Part shown: positions 17,868-28,194 of the stretch, one piece after another | Position numbering within the stretch: position 1 is the stretch's first letter | Layout: the number at the start of each line of letters is the position of its first letter | From: an uncultured Candidatus Saccharibacteria bacterium | GTDB lineage: Bacteria; Patescibacteriota; Minisyncoccia; Phycocordibacterales; UBA9973 | Reading direction: 5' to 3' | Assembly: GCA_964634365.1 (NCBI GenBank) | Contig: CAZWJU010000002.1 | Span: 167,150 to 231,149 of the forward strand | DNA length: 64,000 bases | Notes under the pieces: generated by a model | The model's database searches: none | What the model was told of the DNA's origin: nothing | The model's input: the letters and a program-made list of their open reading frames with translations, nothing else | Program-made: the position numbers and the translations under genes

Positions 17868-17930
17868 ATGCCAAATTATAGCATTTTTGACTTTTGTAGA
17901 CTTTTCGTATTTAATGAAGAAAAGTTTTTT

Positions 17931-18224
17931 ATGAAAAAGATATTTTATTTTATTTTTGATTGGCTATTTCTGATTGTTCGGTTTACTATACGTGCAATAA
18001 AGGGAGTACTCATATTGTCTTTGTTTATCTATCCAATATACCTACTTTTAGATTACTTTGGGTGGATTTCCGGTGTAAGCATATCTATTGTTGCGGTTTT
18101 GATATCCATTTTAGTGACCGCTCGGAAAAGGAACTCATGGAGAGATATAGGACTTGCCTTGATTTTTATAGGGCAAATAATCTTCATGGATGTAAGTGCC
18201 TACGAAGACACCGAAACAGCCTAA
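17931..18224 (+). CDS. Small membrane protein
   Basis: Hydrophobic ORF from MKKIFY, followed by terminator. Confidence 0.55.
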   Translation: MKKIFYFIFDWLFLIVRFTIRAIKGVLILSLFIYPIYLLLDYFGWISGVSISIVAVLISILVTARKRNSWRDIGLALIFIGQIIFMDVSAYEDTETA

Positions 18225-18295
18225 AATAAGCCAAAAGCCCCCGACAACGTCGGGGGCTTGCAATTTGTAGATAAATATGCTACTATATATGCACA

Positions 18296-18556
18296 ATGCT
18301 TACAGTAAAGAAAAAACAAACAGTTATAAAGAAGAGCCAGGTTCATGATAAAGACACTGGTTCACCAGAAGTGCAGATAGCTATCCTATCGGCTTCTATT
18401 GACGAACTTACAACTCATCTTAAAAAACACAAAAAAGATGACCATTCAAGACGAGGACTTATAAAGATGGTTGGCGATCGAAGATCACACCTAAAATACC
18501 TCGAGAAGAAAGATAAGACACGTCACGCTGCAGCTGTTAAAAAAATCAAAGAATAA
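18296..18556 (+). CDS. rpsO: 30S ribosomal protein S15
   Basis: [10 protein letters not shown]...[11 protein letters not shown]. Confidence 0.97.
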   Translation: MLTVKKKQTVIKKSQVHDKDTGSPEVQIAILSASIDELTTHLKKHKKDDHSRRGLIKMVGDRRSHLKYLEKKDKTRHAAAVKKIKE

Positions 18557-18685
18557 AAAAATATCACTCGAGCAATCGAGTGATATTTTTTATAAACTCT
18601 CTTTTTTTATATATTTTGTTACACTTAGGGAGAGGTAGGCATTTTTATAATATTTATTAGTTAAAAATTTTTCAAAATAAACTAT

Positions 18686-19213
18686 ATGGCAGTTATTAAA
18701 CACCCAGAACAGCGCGTAGCGGTATTTATTGATACTCAAAACTTATATCACAGCGCCAAAAATCTATACAAAGCTAGGGTAAACTTTGGAGCAATCCTAA
18801 AAGACGCAGTGGCAGGTCGCAAACTAGTACGTGCAATAGCGTACGTTATAAACACAGAAGCAGGTGATGAAAAAAACTTTTTCGATGCACTTACTAAAAT
18901 GGGAATCGAAACTAAAACTAAAGACCTTCAAGTTTTTGTTGATGGAGCAAAAAAAGGTGACTGGGACGTAGGACTTGCTGTTGATGCGATCACTATGGCA
19001 ACAAAACTTGATGCGGTAATAATCGTATCAGGAGATGGAGACTATGTACCACTTGTAGAATATCTACAAATACACTCCGGTGTACAAGTAGAAGTAGTAT
19101 CTTTTGGTAAGTCTTCTTCTATGAAACTAAAAGAAGCTGTAGATGACTTTATGGATCTTTCAGAAAATCCTAGAAAATATCTTATCGGCGGTTTAGGAAA
19201 ACAGAGAAGATAG
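18686..19213 (+). CDS. NYN-domain (LabA/DUF88) PIN-like nuclease
   Basis: VFIDTQNL, KGDWDVGLAVD, VSGDGDY. Confidence 0.9.
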   Translation: MAVIKHPEQRVAVFIDTQNLYHSAKNLYKARVNFGAILKDAVAGRKLVRAIAYVINTEAGDEKNFFDALTKMGIETKTKDLQVFVDGAKKGDWDVGLAVDAITMATKLDAVIIVSGDGDYVPLVEYLQIHSGVQVEVVSFGKSSSMKLKEAVDDFMDLSENPRKYLIGGLGKQRR

Positions 19214-19359
19214 GAACAAAAGCTCCAGAGATGGGGCTTTTGTTTTTTATAAAAGTTTTGCTAGTCTAAAGATATTACGAACTAATAATAGGTCTCTAAA
19301 CATGTAGTAATGGAAGCTGGGCGTGCTTACATACTAAAGTTTAGAGATTCTAAACAAAT

Positions 19360-21519
19360 ATGTACAAAAAAGAATATATATTGGAGATTGCAGGGAGAAA
19401 AATTACAGCAATATTTTCAGACCTAGCAGATCAAGCACATGGATCAGTAATGCTAAAGTGCGAAGATACTGTAGTTTTAGCAACTGCAGTTATGAGTAAA
19501 GATGGAAAAAATAATCCAGGATTTTTTAACCTAACGGTTGAATACTTAGAGAAATTTTATGCATCTGGTCAAATACTAGGAAGTCAATTTACTCGCCGCG
19601 AAGGAAAGCCGTCCGACAAGGCAATACTTGCATCACGTGTTATAGATCGTACAATCCGTCCACTTTTCTCTCATCATATTAAAAACGCAGTTCAAGTAAT
19701 CGTGACTGTTATTGCAGTTGGAAAAGCAGACCCGACAATACTTGGAGTAAACGCGGCTTCTCTTGCCATAGCAACATCAGATATTCCATGGCGTGGACCT
19801 GTTGGATGTGTACATATCGGAAAACCAAAGGGTGAGAGTGCTGTTGATGTCGATTTGTATATAGCACCAGACGGAGAATCTAAATACGATCTAGACCTGA
19901 CTGTGTGCGGTCGTGATGGACACATCACAATGATCGAAGCTATGGCAAGCGAGATAGTCGAAGGGGAACTGGGCGATGCTTTTGATTTAGCTATGAAACA
20001 CATAACAGAGATAGAAAATTTTCAGAAAAAAATTGTATCTGAAATCGGCAAGGAAAAGAAAGTATTCGAAGAGCCTGTTGTTCCACAAGAAATAAAAGAT
20101 TTGTTTCACACTGAAATAGGACCAAAGATGGAGGGTAGTCTTTTCAATAAAGATAGCAAGAAAACAATTCACGAACTTGAAGATGCTTGGATAAAAATAC
20201 TTGATGACAAGTACGGCACAAGTGATGAAAACAAAGAAACTGTATCAATAGCAAAAGATTATTTTTCTGACAAAGTTGACCAGGAGTTACATAGAGGAGC
20301 TATAGAGGACAACAAGCGCGCTGATGGAAGAGCGATGGGTGAAGTTAGACCCCTATTTTGTGAAGCAGGTGGCGTGTCTAGTGTGTTACACGGAACAGGA
20401 ATATTTTATAGAGGAGAAACTCATGTTCTTTCTGTTCTAACACTCGGAGGACCAGAAGATACTTTTGTTCAAGATGGAATGGAAGTAAAAGGGGAGAAGC
20501 GCTTCATGCATCACTACAATTTTCCTCCATACTCAGCTGGTGAAACAGGAAGACTTGGTGGAATAAACCGCCGTGAAATGGGACATGGATTTTTAGCAGA
20601 AAAAGCACTTACGCCAGTTATTCCAAATAAAATGGATTTTCCATATACAATACGCGTTGTTTCTGAATCTATGGCTTCAAACGGATCAACCTCACAGGCT
20701 TCGATTTGTGCATCTTCAATAGCACTTATGGACGGAGGCGTGCCAATATCTTCACCAGTTGCTGGTATAGCAATGGGATTAATGTTATCTGAAAAAGATA
20801 AAACAAAATACAAAATTTTAACTGACATACAAGGACCGGAAGATCATTATGGAGATATGGATTTCAAGGTAGCAGGAACTAAAAACGGTATTACAGCTAT
20901 TCAGCTTGATATAAAACTAGATGGAGTGCCCGTGCAAATACTAAAAGAAGCTGTTAAAGAATCTAGAGTTGCACATCAAACAATATTGGCAGAAATAAAT
21001 AAGACGATTGAAAAACCAAGAGGAGATATTTCACCAAATGCACCAAAAATATTAGTAATAAAAATAAACCCTGATCAAATAGGTATGGTGATTGGATCTG
21101 GAGGAAAAACAGTAAACAAAATTCGAGAAGAAACAGGAGCTGAGATCACAATAGAAGATGATGGAACTGTATTTTTAACTGGTAAAAATGGTGGCGCAGA
21201 AAAAGCTCGAGATATTATTGAATCAATGACTCATGAATATGTTGTCGGTGAAATGTTTACTGCAAAAATTGTTAAGATAATCGAAGTTGGAGCAATAGCA
21301 GAATTCAACAATGGTGGAGCAGAGGGTTTGATACATATATCCGAAATTGCACCTTTCCGAGTAAGTAAGGTTACTGATGTTTTGAAAGAAGGTATGGAGG
21401 TTCCAATAAAAATCGTCGGCGTAGACAAAGAGCGTGGACGCATCAGTCTATCAATCAAAGAAGCTGATAGAAACTTTATAAATAATCCATATCCACCTGT
21501 AGAACCTCAAAAACAATAA
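19360..21519 (+). CDS. pnp: Polynucleotide phosphorylase
   Basis: RREG, HHYNFPPYS, ASNGSTSQAS, GDMDFKVAG, KH and S1 domains. Confidence 0.97.
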   Translation: MYKKEYILEIAGRKITAIFSDLADQAHGSVMLKCEDTVVLATAVMSKDGKNNPGFFNLTVEYLEKFYASGQILGSQFTRREGKPSDKAILASRVIDRTIRPLFSHHIKNAVQVIVTVIAVGKADPTILGVNAASLAIATSDIPWRGPVGCVHIGKPKGESAVDVDLYIAPDGESKYDLDLTVCGRDGHITMIEAMASEIVEGELGDAFDLAMKHITEIENFQKKIVSEIGKEKKVFEEPVVPQEIKDLFHTEIGPKMEGSLFNKDSKKTIHELEDAWIKILDDKYGTSDENKETVSIAKDYFSDKVDQELHRGAIEDNKRADGRAMGEVRPLFCEAGGVSSVLHGTGIFYRGETHVLSVLTLGGPEDTFVQDGMEVKGEKRFMHHYNFPPYSAGETGRLGGINRREMGHGFLAEKALTPVIPNKMDFPYTIRVVSESMASNGSTSQASICASSIALMDGGVPISSPVAGIAMGLMLSEKDKTKYKILTDIQGPEDHYGDMDFKVAGTKNGITAIQLDIKLDGVPVQILKEAVKESRVAHQTILAEINKTIEKPRGDISPNAPKILVIKINPDQIGMVIGSGGKTVNKIREETGAEITIEDDGTVFLTGKNGGAEKARDIIESMTHEYVVGEMFTAKIVKIIEVGAIAEFNNGGAEGLIHISEIAPFRVSKVTDVLKEGMEVPIKIVGVDKERGRISLSIKEADRNFINNPYPPVEPQKQ

Positions 21520-21591
21520 ACGTTCAATTTAAAAAATCAGACCCTTGGTCTGATTTTTTAAATTGAATAAAATAAGATAAAATTAAACATA

Positions 21592-22503
21592 ATGGAACCA
21601 AATCCAATAAACATAAAAAATGATTCAAATACCGAACCTGTAAAAACAAGTCCTTATTCGGATCTAAAAACAATCAGAACTTACGCAAGCGATATGGCAA
21701 AAGCCTTAAGCGACCAACAAGGATCTGTTATAAAAATCGCCATGGCTGAACATAAAAAGAAAGAGTCTGATTTTGAAAATATTTCTCCTGCTTCTAAGAA
21801 GAATATAAAACTAATTGTGGGGAGCGTGATTATGATACTTATTGGGGCTGGTGTTATATCTTATGTATTTTTGAATAAAAAAAATGATGTTGTGGTTGTA
21901 GACAAAAAACCAGTTATTTTGTCTCTTATAGTTTCTGAATTAACAGAAGAGATAAAAGTTGAGGATATTTTAACACCAAAACAGTTTTCTGACTCTGTTC
22001 TTGTATTGAAAGAAAGAGAGAATGGAGACGGGGTTCTTAATATAATTTTTACAACACCAACAGAAACAGGCAGTAGATTTATAACAGTAGAAGAACTTTT
22101 AGAAAAGATTGATGCTGATGTCAGTGGATATTTTGTTAGATCTCTAACAAACAATTATATGTTTGGATTAAATACAAAAGATAATGTAAGTGAGTTTTTT
22201 ATGGTTTTAAAAACAACTTCTCGAGAAACATCTTTAGCTGGTATGCTTGAGTGGGAAAACAAGATGTTTGATAATTTTTATGGAATACTGGGTATAACCC
22301 CAAACACAGAAAATAATTATCTTTTTTCTGAAAAATTTAGTGATATTGTGATTGAAAATCGAGACGCTAGGGTGCTATACGACAAAGAGGGTAAGCCGGT
22401 GATTGTGTATATTTTTATAGATGCTGGAACAATACTAATAACAGAGTCCTTTGAAACCATAAATGAGGTAATAGACAGATTAAATGCTAGTATTGATAGG
22501 TAG
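21592..22503 (+). CDS. Single-TM hypothetical protein
   Basis: IRTYASD N-terminal motif, one TM. Confidence 0.65.
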   Translation: MEPNPINIKNDSNTEPVKTSPYSDLKTIRTYASDMAKALSDQQGSVIKIAMAEHKKKESDFENISPASKKNIKLIVGSVIMILIGAGVISYVFLNKKNDVVVVDKKPVILSLIVSELTEEIKVEDILTPKQFSDSVLVLKERENGDGVLNIIFTTPTETGSRFITVEELLEKIDADVSGYFVRSLTNNYMFGLNTKDNVSEFFMVLKTTSRETSLAGMLEWENKMFDNFYGILGITPNTENNYLFSEKFSDIVIENRDARVLYDKEGKPVIVYIFIDAGTILITESFETINEVIDRLNASIDR

Positions 22504-22546
22504 GTTGATTTGCTATTAAATTTAAGCATGTTATTATACGCTCACC

Positions 22547-22903
22547 ATGAAAATAGATATGAAAAACTTTGAGGAAAAATTAAAAGCAGAAAAAACAACT
22601 CTTTTGGAAGAGCTTAAGGGTTTGGGTGCTATAAGAAACCCAGAAACAAATGACTGGGATGCTATCCCAGAAGAATCTGTGCCTGAAGCAGATGAAAATG
22701 ACCGCGCAGATAGAGCAGAGGACTACGAAGAAAGAACAGCTCTAGTAAATGCACTCGAAAGTAGACTAAATGATGTTGAGGGTGCTCTAGAAAAAATAGG
22801 TAAAAATAGTTTTGGTAAATGTGAGGTTTGTGGAGAAGATATAGAAGAAGAAAGACTTGAAGCAAACGCAGCTGCTCCAACATGCATAAAACATATGAAC
22901 TAA
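22547..22903 (+). CDS. TraR/DksA-family zinc-finger protein
   Basis: D..D.A coiled coil; GKCEVCGEDIEEERLEA...CIKH. Confidence 0.85.
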   Translation: MKIDMKNFEEKLKAEKTTLLEELKGLGAIRNPETNDWDAIPEESVPEADENDRADRAEDYEERTALVNALESRLNDVEGALEKIGKNSFGKCEVCGEDIEEERLEANAAAPTCIKHMN

Positions 22904-22973
22904 TAAAACAAAAAACCGCCACAGAAGGCGGTTTTTTGTTTACTTTTTCAAAAAAGAAAACTAAAATTAGTAG

Positions 22974-24503
22974 ATGTCCTTTGCGCGTGTATACACAGCA
23001 CAAATAAATTTGCTCAGTGGTCAACTAGTAAATGTAGAAGTTGATATATCAACTGGCCTTTATGCTTTTTCAATTGTTGGATTACCAGACAAAGCAGTAG
23101 AAGAAGCGCGTGATCGTGTAAGCTCGGCTATAAAAAATTCTGGCTTTACATCTCCTAAAAGTAAAAATCAAAAAATTGTAGTTTCTCTTTCTCCTGCAGA
23201 CACCAAAAAGGAAGGTTCTTTTTTTGATATTGCGATAGCTCTCGGCTATCTTTTGGCAAACGAGGAAATATCTTTCGATGTAGGTAAGAAAATATTCCTC
23301 GGAGAACTTTCTTTAAATGGAGATGTTTTACCTATTAGAGGGGCTCTACCACTTGCTATGCTCGCAAAATCCGAAGGTTTTAGTGAGTTGTATTTACCAA
23401 AAGAAAATGCAAAAGAAGCAGCCTTAATTGAGGGTGTTGATATATATGGAGTATCCACCTTGAAAGAGCTTGTTACACATCTTACAGATAAAAACATATC
23501 TATAATAAAAGAACCGAAAACTCTTATTGAAGATATGGGAGACGAAACTTTTGTTGACCTTGCTGACATAAAAGGTCAGGAGAGTGCAAAGAGAGGCTTG
23601 GAAATTGCAGCTAGTGGTGGACACAACATAGCAATGTATGGACCACCAGGAACTGGTAAAACAATGCTTGCTAGAGCTTTTAGATCACTACTACCTAGTC
23701 TTTCGGTGGCTGAAGCATTAGAAATAACTAGTATATATTCTATTGCAGGAAATTTAAAAACACCTGTAATAACAAAAGTGCCTTTTCGTTCACCACACCA
23801 TACATCTTCTTATGTATCAGTTATTGGAGGTGGTGCGTTTCCTAAACCAGGAGAGGTTACACTTGCTCACAGAGGAATTCTTTTCTTGGACGAATTCCCT
23901 GAGTTCGATAAAAGGGTTATAGAATCCCTGAGACAGCCTTTGGAAGATAATTTTGTTTCTATATCTAGAGCAAAAGGAACAGCTCTTTTTCCTTCAAATT
24001 TTATACTTATTGCTGCTATGAATCCTTGTCCGTGTGGTTTTAGAGGCTCAAAAAATAAAGCTTGTGTATGCACAGCAGGTGATATATCTAGGTATCAAAG
24101 AAAATTATCTGGCCCAATAATGGATCGTGTTGATATTTGGGTTGAAGTAGGGAATATTGAATATGAAAAACTTAATGAAAAAAACACCACTTCAGAAAAT
24201 ACAAAATCAGTTTTAAACAGAATAAAAAAAGCTAGAGAAAAACAAGTTTCTAGATTTGAAAATACTCAAGGTAAGATTCTTAGAAATTCTGATATGCCAG
24301 CAAAAGATATACCAAAATATATAGAATTATCAAAAGAAACAGAAGATGTATTAAACCAAGCTGCAGCAAAATTAAATTTATCAGCCCGCGCATATCACAG
24401 AGTATTGAAACTTGCTCGAACGATAGCAGACTTGAGTGATAGTGAAAAAATAGAAACAAAACATATCCTAGAGGCGATACAATATAGGCCCAGAATAACA
24501 TAA
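22974..24503 (+). CDS. comM: YifB/ComM AAA+ ATPase
   Basis: VGLPD, GPPGTGKT, FRSPHH, PGEVTLAHRG, NPCPCG. Confidence 0.92.
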   Translation: MSFARVYTAQINLLSGQLVNVEVDISTGLYAFSIVGLPDKAVEEARDRVSSAIKNSGFTSPKSKNQKIVVSLSPADTKKEGSFFDIAIALGYLLANEEISFDVGKKIFLGELSLNGDVLPIRGALPLAMLAKSEGFSELYLPKENAKEAALIEGVDIYGVSTLKELVTHLTDKNISIIKEPKTLIEDMGDETFVDLADIKGQESAKRGLEIAASGGHNIAMYGPPGTGKTMLARAFRSLLPSLSVAEALEITSIYSIAGNLKTPVITKVPFRSPHHTSSYVSVIGGGAFPKPGEVTLAHRGILFLDEFPEFDKRVIESLRQPLEDNFVSISRAKGTALFPSNFILIAAMNPCPCGFRGSKNKACVCTAGDISRYQRKLSGPIMDRVDIWVEVGNIEYEKLNEKNTTSENTKSVLNRIKKAREKQVSRFENTQGKILRNSDMPAKDIPKYIELSKETEDVLNQAAAKLNLSARAYHRVLKLARTIADLSDSEKIETKHILEAIQYRPRIT

Positions 24504-24538
24504 AACACCCCCAATTCAGGAGGTGTTTTAGTTATATG

Positions 24539-25009
24539 CTATATGTTTCCAATGTATTTTATTACCACTCTTCTATCTTGACCAAAACCGGTTGATTCTG
24601 TTTTTATATCTGTTTTGTTTTCTAAAAAAGTATGGATGATACGTCTATCAAAAGAGCTCATTGGGTCTATTTCTACGTTTGATTTAAAGTATCTAGCTCT
24701 TTCAGCCATCATATGAGCTATTGTTTTTAAATTTTCTATCCTATTTTTTTGATAATCATTTACATCTATTAAAACATTTAGGAGTGTTTGATTTTCTGGG
24801 TTTTTGGATTCTATTATTTTTCTAAAAATATAATTTAAAGCTTTTAGTGTTTCACCATCTTTTCCTATTAAAAGGTGTGATTCTTTTGATTTTATTTTAA
24901 ACCAATATGAACCAGACTGATCATCGAGATGAAAATCTATTTCATCTACAGAAATATTGGTTAATTTTACGATTTCTTCTACTATTAATTTTAAATCATC
25001 TGGTTTCAT
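24539..25009 (-). CDS. jag: Jag-like KH-R3H RNA-binding protein (short form)
   Basis: LIGKDGETLKAL, DRRIIH; position after yidC. Confidence 0.85.
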   Translation of the reverse strand: MKPDDLKLIVEEIVKLTNISVDEIDFHLDDQSGSYWFKIKSKESHLLIGKDGETLKALNYIFRKIIESKNPENQTLLNVLIDVNDYQKNRIENLKTIAHMMAERARYFKSNVEIDPMSSFDRRIIHTFLENKTDIKTESTGFGQDRRVVIKYIGNI

Positions 25010-25012
25010 GTT

Positions 25013-25744
25013 TTATAACTTTAGAAAACTTTCTTTTTTTATTAATCCAGCTTTTGATCTAATTATAAGCTCTTGAATTATTGTAATTATGTTACTAGTA
25101 ACCCAGTAAAGAGCTATCGCTGCAGATACGCTATATGCTACAAAGGCCACAAAAAATGGTAGGATGTATTTCATTTGAAATTGCATACTTTTTGCTAGCT
25201 GACCTTTGAAAGATAAGTCATTTGGATCTGCCGGTTTTATCATAGATGTGCTTATTTTCATTTGTATAAATTGTGTAAGACCAGCTAAAATCGCAAAAAT
25301 AATACTCTTTTCTTCTAGATTTATACCTAAAAACATTGTTGATAGATTTTCTGGTATGTGAACAAAAGAATAAAGTATTCCTGTGTTAGATTCTATTCCT
25401 CTTAAAAAAACTTGGTAAAGAGCTATGATTATTGGTAGTTGTATTAATATAACTAAACAACTAGAAAAAGGGTTTACATTATTTTTTTTATATAATTCTA
25501 GTGTTTTTTTAGATTGTTCTGTTTTATCTGGATAATCTTTCTTTATTTTTTCTATATCATCATTTAGTGCGTATATTTTTGCCTGACTTAATATAGATTT
25601 TTTTGTAAGAGGGAACATTAGTATTTTTACTATTAATGTGAGGGTTATAACAGCAAGTCCAATACCCCCAAAAGTACCTGTAAAAAATACGAGCGCATTA
25701 TATAGTGGCTCATAAAAAATAGTTGTCCAAATATTTGATAGCAT
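25013..25744 (-). CDS. yidC: YidC/Oxa1 insertase
   Basis: ELYKKNNVNPFSSC, QLPIIIALY, ALYWVTSN. Confidence 0.92.
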   Translation of the reverse strand: MLSNIWTTIFYEPLYNALVFFTGTFGGIGLAVITLTLIVKILMFPLTKKSILSQAKIYALNDDIEKIKKDYPDKTEQSKKTLELYKKNNVNPFSSCLVILIQLPIIIALYQVFLRGIESNTGILYSFVHIPENLSTMFLGINLEEKSIIFAILAGLTQFIQMKISTSMIKPADPNDLSFKGQLAKSMQFQMKYILPFFVAFVAYSVSAAIALYWVTSNIITIIQELIIRSKAGLIKKESFLKL

Positions 25745-25783
25745 TAATCAATTGTATCTATAAACCCTGAAATTGCAATCTAT

Positions 25784-26044
25784 TTAAGGAACCGGATCGA
25801 AGTGGTTTTTTTGCCAAGGATGGCAGCGTAGTATGCGTTTTATGCCCAAAAAAGAACCTTTTATAAATCCATACTTGATAATGGCAATTCTTGTATATTC
25901 AGAGCAAGTAGGGGTAAAAACACAAACAGGCCTGTTAATTAAGCCTATTTTATGGGGTATCCCTGTGTCTGGAGATATGTATTTTTGATAAAAATCAATA
26001 ATTATATTGATGATTTTATCTTTATTTTGCTTTTTTAAGCCCAT
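25784..26044 (-). CDS. yidD: Membrane protein insertion efficiency factor
   Basis: [23 protein letters not shown]. Confidence 0.92.
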   Translation of the reverse strand: MGLKKQNKDKIINIIIDFYQKYISPDTGIPHKIGLINRPVCVFTPTCSEYTRIAIIKYGFIKGSFLGIKRILRCHPWQKNHFDPVP

Positions 26045-26351
26045 TTATAAGGGTTTTTTCAATATCATCTAGTAAAATTTGGTGTTTTTCTGGTATTCCA
26101 CTTTTTATAAACACAACTATCTCTTTGTTTAAAAAGTCTTTATTTTTAGGCCTTAAATGGTGATATATAACTCTTTTTATCTTATTTCGGTCAACAGCCC
26201 TTGAAGCAACCTTTTTGGATACAACAATAGCTATTTTAGGCTTTAAATTAAGGCTATTTTTAATAGTTATCCTGTTATAAAGACCAAAAAAACCTGATTT
26301 TTCCTTGAAAATAGGGGATTTTTTAGAGATCTTTTGAGATTTAGGAAACAT
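26022..26351 (-). CDS. rnpA: RNase P protein component
   Basis: [18 protein letters not shown]. Confidence 0.88.
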   Translation of the reverse strand: MFPKSQKISKKSPIFKEKSGFFGLYNRITIKNSLNLKPKIAIVVSKKVASRAVDRNKIKRVIYHHLRPKNKDFLNKEIVVFIKSGIPEKHQILLDDIEKTLINGLKKAK

Positions 26352-26356
26352 TACTG

Positions 26357-26491
26357 TTATACAGTTAGTTTTGCTCTGCCTTTTTGACGTCTTCGGGTAA
26401 GGACTTTTTTGCCGTTTTTTGACTTTATTCTATTTCGAAAACCGTGAGTTTTGGCTCTCTTTTTCTTCTTTGGTTGGTATGTTTGTGACAT
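26357..26491 (-). CDS. rpmH: 50S ribosomal protein L34 (not in ORF track)
   Basis: [44 protein letters not shown]. Confidence 0.95.
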   Translation of the reverse strand: MSQTYQPKKKKRAKTHGFRNRIKSKNGKKVLTRRRQKGRAKLTV

Positions 26492-26638
26492 GCCTTGCAT
26501 CATACATTAAAAGGCTGTTTTGGGCAAGATTTTGTATTGTTTTTTTATAAAATATTATTAACAGTTTATACACAATTGTATTTTTATTTTAGGTCTTTTT
26601 ATTATCAATCTGTAGACTATAATGAGTTAACTAAACTT

Positions 26639-27985
26639 ATGATGGAAAACAAACAACTTTGGGAAACATGCTTATCTGAGATTGAACAGTCTGTTTCTAG
26701 GGCAAATTTCAGTACATGGTTTAAAAATACTTCTATTACTAAACAAGATTCTGGAACCGCTTATATTGGTGTCCCAAATGAATTCGTAAAAGATTGGCTT
26801 TTCAATAAATATCACAAGTTAATACTTAAAACTCTTATGAATCATTCAGAAAATGTTCGTGGTATTGAGTTTGTTATAGTAAAACATGATATAAGGCAAA
26901 AAATAGAAGATATAGAGCAGAAATCAATCTTAAACAAAGAACTGCCTCTGGCTGATCTATATATAAACAAAGAAGATAATCTTAATCCAAGATATATATT
27001 TGATGGATTTATTGTTGGAGGGTTCAATGAACTAGCTTTTGCAGCCTCACAAGCTATTGTAAGCAAGCCTGGAACAAGTTATAACCCATTTTTCGTATAT
27101 GGAGGTACAGGACTTGGTAAAACGCATTTAATCCAAGCAATAGGTAATACTATTAAAACAAAATACCCAGAAAAAAGGGTGCATTATATAACTCTTGAAA
27201 AATTTGCTACTGATCTAATAAACTCTTTTCAAACAAATAAAGCCAATTCATTTAAAGAAAAGTATAGAAAATACGATGTTTTGATTATTGATGATATCCA
27301 GTTTGTAGGGAAGATGGAAAAAACTCAAGAAGAACTTTTTCATACATTTAATACTTTTTATGAAAATAATAAACAAATAATATTTTCATCAGACAAACAC
27401 CCTAATTATATCCCGGGATTAGAAGACCGTATGAAGTCTAGATTTCAAGCTGGAATGATTATAGATATAGGCGAACCTGAATATGAATCTAGATTAGCTA
27501 TACTTAAAGCTAAAGTAAAAGAGCAGGGTGTACCTATAAACGATGATGTTGTTGATTTTATAGCTTCTTCTATAAATGGATCTATTCGTGAACTTGAAGG
27601 TAGTCTAAATGCTATAGTTTGCCAAACTAGATTGAAAAATAAAGAGATTTCTTTAACAGAGGCAAAGAATTTGATTAAAAACAATATTAGACCAAAGAAA
27701 AGTGTCTCTATAGACGAAGTGGTTAAAGTAGTTGCTCAGTTTTATAATATAGATGAATCTACTGTATACGAAAAAACACGTAGAAAAGAGATTGTTAAAA
27801 CGAGACAAATGATAATGTACCTTCTTCGTGAAGATTTTAACGTTTCATATCCATTGATAGGTCAAAAACTAGGTGGAAAAGATCACACAACAGTTATACA
27901 TTCTTTCTTGAAGATAAAAGACGATCTAAAAACAAACCAAACATTGGCGCAGGAATTAGAACAGATAAGAGTTATGTTTAAATAA
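26639..27985 (+). CDS. dnaA: Replication initiator DnaA
   Basis: YNPFFVYGGTGLGKTHL, IDDIQF, GGKDHTTV; start reassigned to 26639. Confidence 0.97.
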   Translation: MMENKQLWETCLSEIEQSVSRANFSTWFKNTSITKQDSGTAYIGVPNEFVKDWLFNKYHKLILKTLMNHSENVRGIEFVIVKHDIRQKIEDIEQKSILNKELPLADLYINKEDNLNPRYIFDGFIVGGFNELAFAASQAIVSKPGTSYNPFFVYGGTGLGKTHLIQAIGNTIKTKYPEKRVHYITLEKFATDLINSFQTNKANSFKEKYRKYDVLIIDDIQFVGKMEKTQEELFHTFNTFYENNKQIIFSSDKHPNYIPGLEDRMKSRFQAGMIIDIGEPEYESRLAILKAKVKEQGVPINDDVVDFIASSINGSIRELEGSLNAIVCQTRLKNKEISLTEAKNLIKNNIRPKKSVSIDEVVKVVAQFYNIDESTVYEKTRRKEIVKTRQMIMYLLREDFNVSYPLIGQKLGGKDHTTVIHSFLKIKDDLKTNQTLAQELEQIRVMFK

Positions 27986-28194
27986 TGTTAATAACTGTTT
28001 AAAACGTGTAGATAAAAATATGATAAATAAATTAAAAACTCAATTTATTTTTATAAACACAAGATTAAACATAAAAATTATATTTTAAATATGATAAATA
28101 AATTAAAAATAACTTTATATATCAAGATTAAATATAGATATCCACATATCCACAGGGCTAATATAAGTATTTAATTAAATAAAAAGAAAATACT
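27986..28194. other. oriC: Probable oriC unwinding region
   Basis: Very AT-rich dnaA-dnaN spacer; ATATCCACA at 28138 and 28146 followed by GGGC and NAN trimers; direct repeat AAATATGATAAATAAATTAAAAA twice. Confidence 0.75.

Noticed and set aside
26495-26638. N-terminal extension of DnaA (and similar extensions of Xth, PilB, MutM, RuvB, RuvC)
   Set aside because: Family homology starts at later ATGs; the upstream stretches are promoter DNA.
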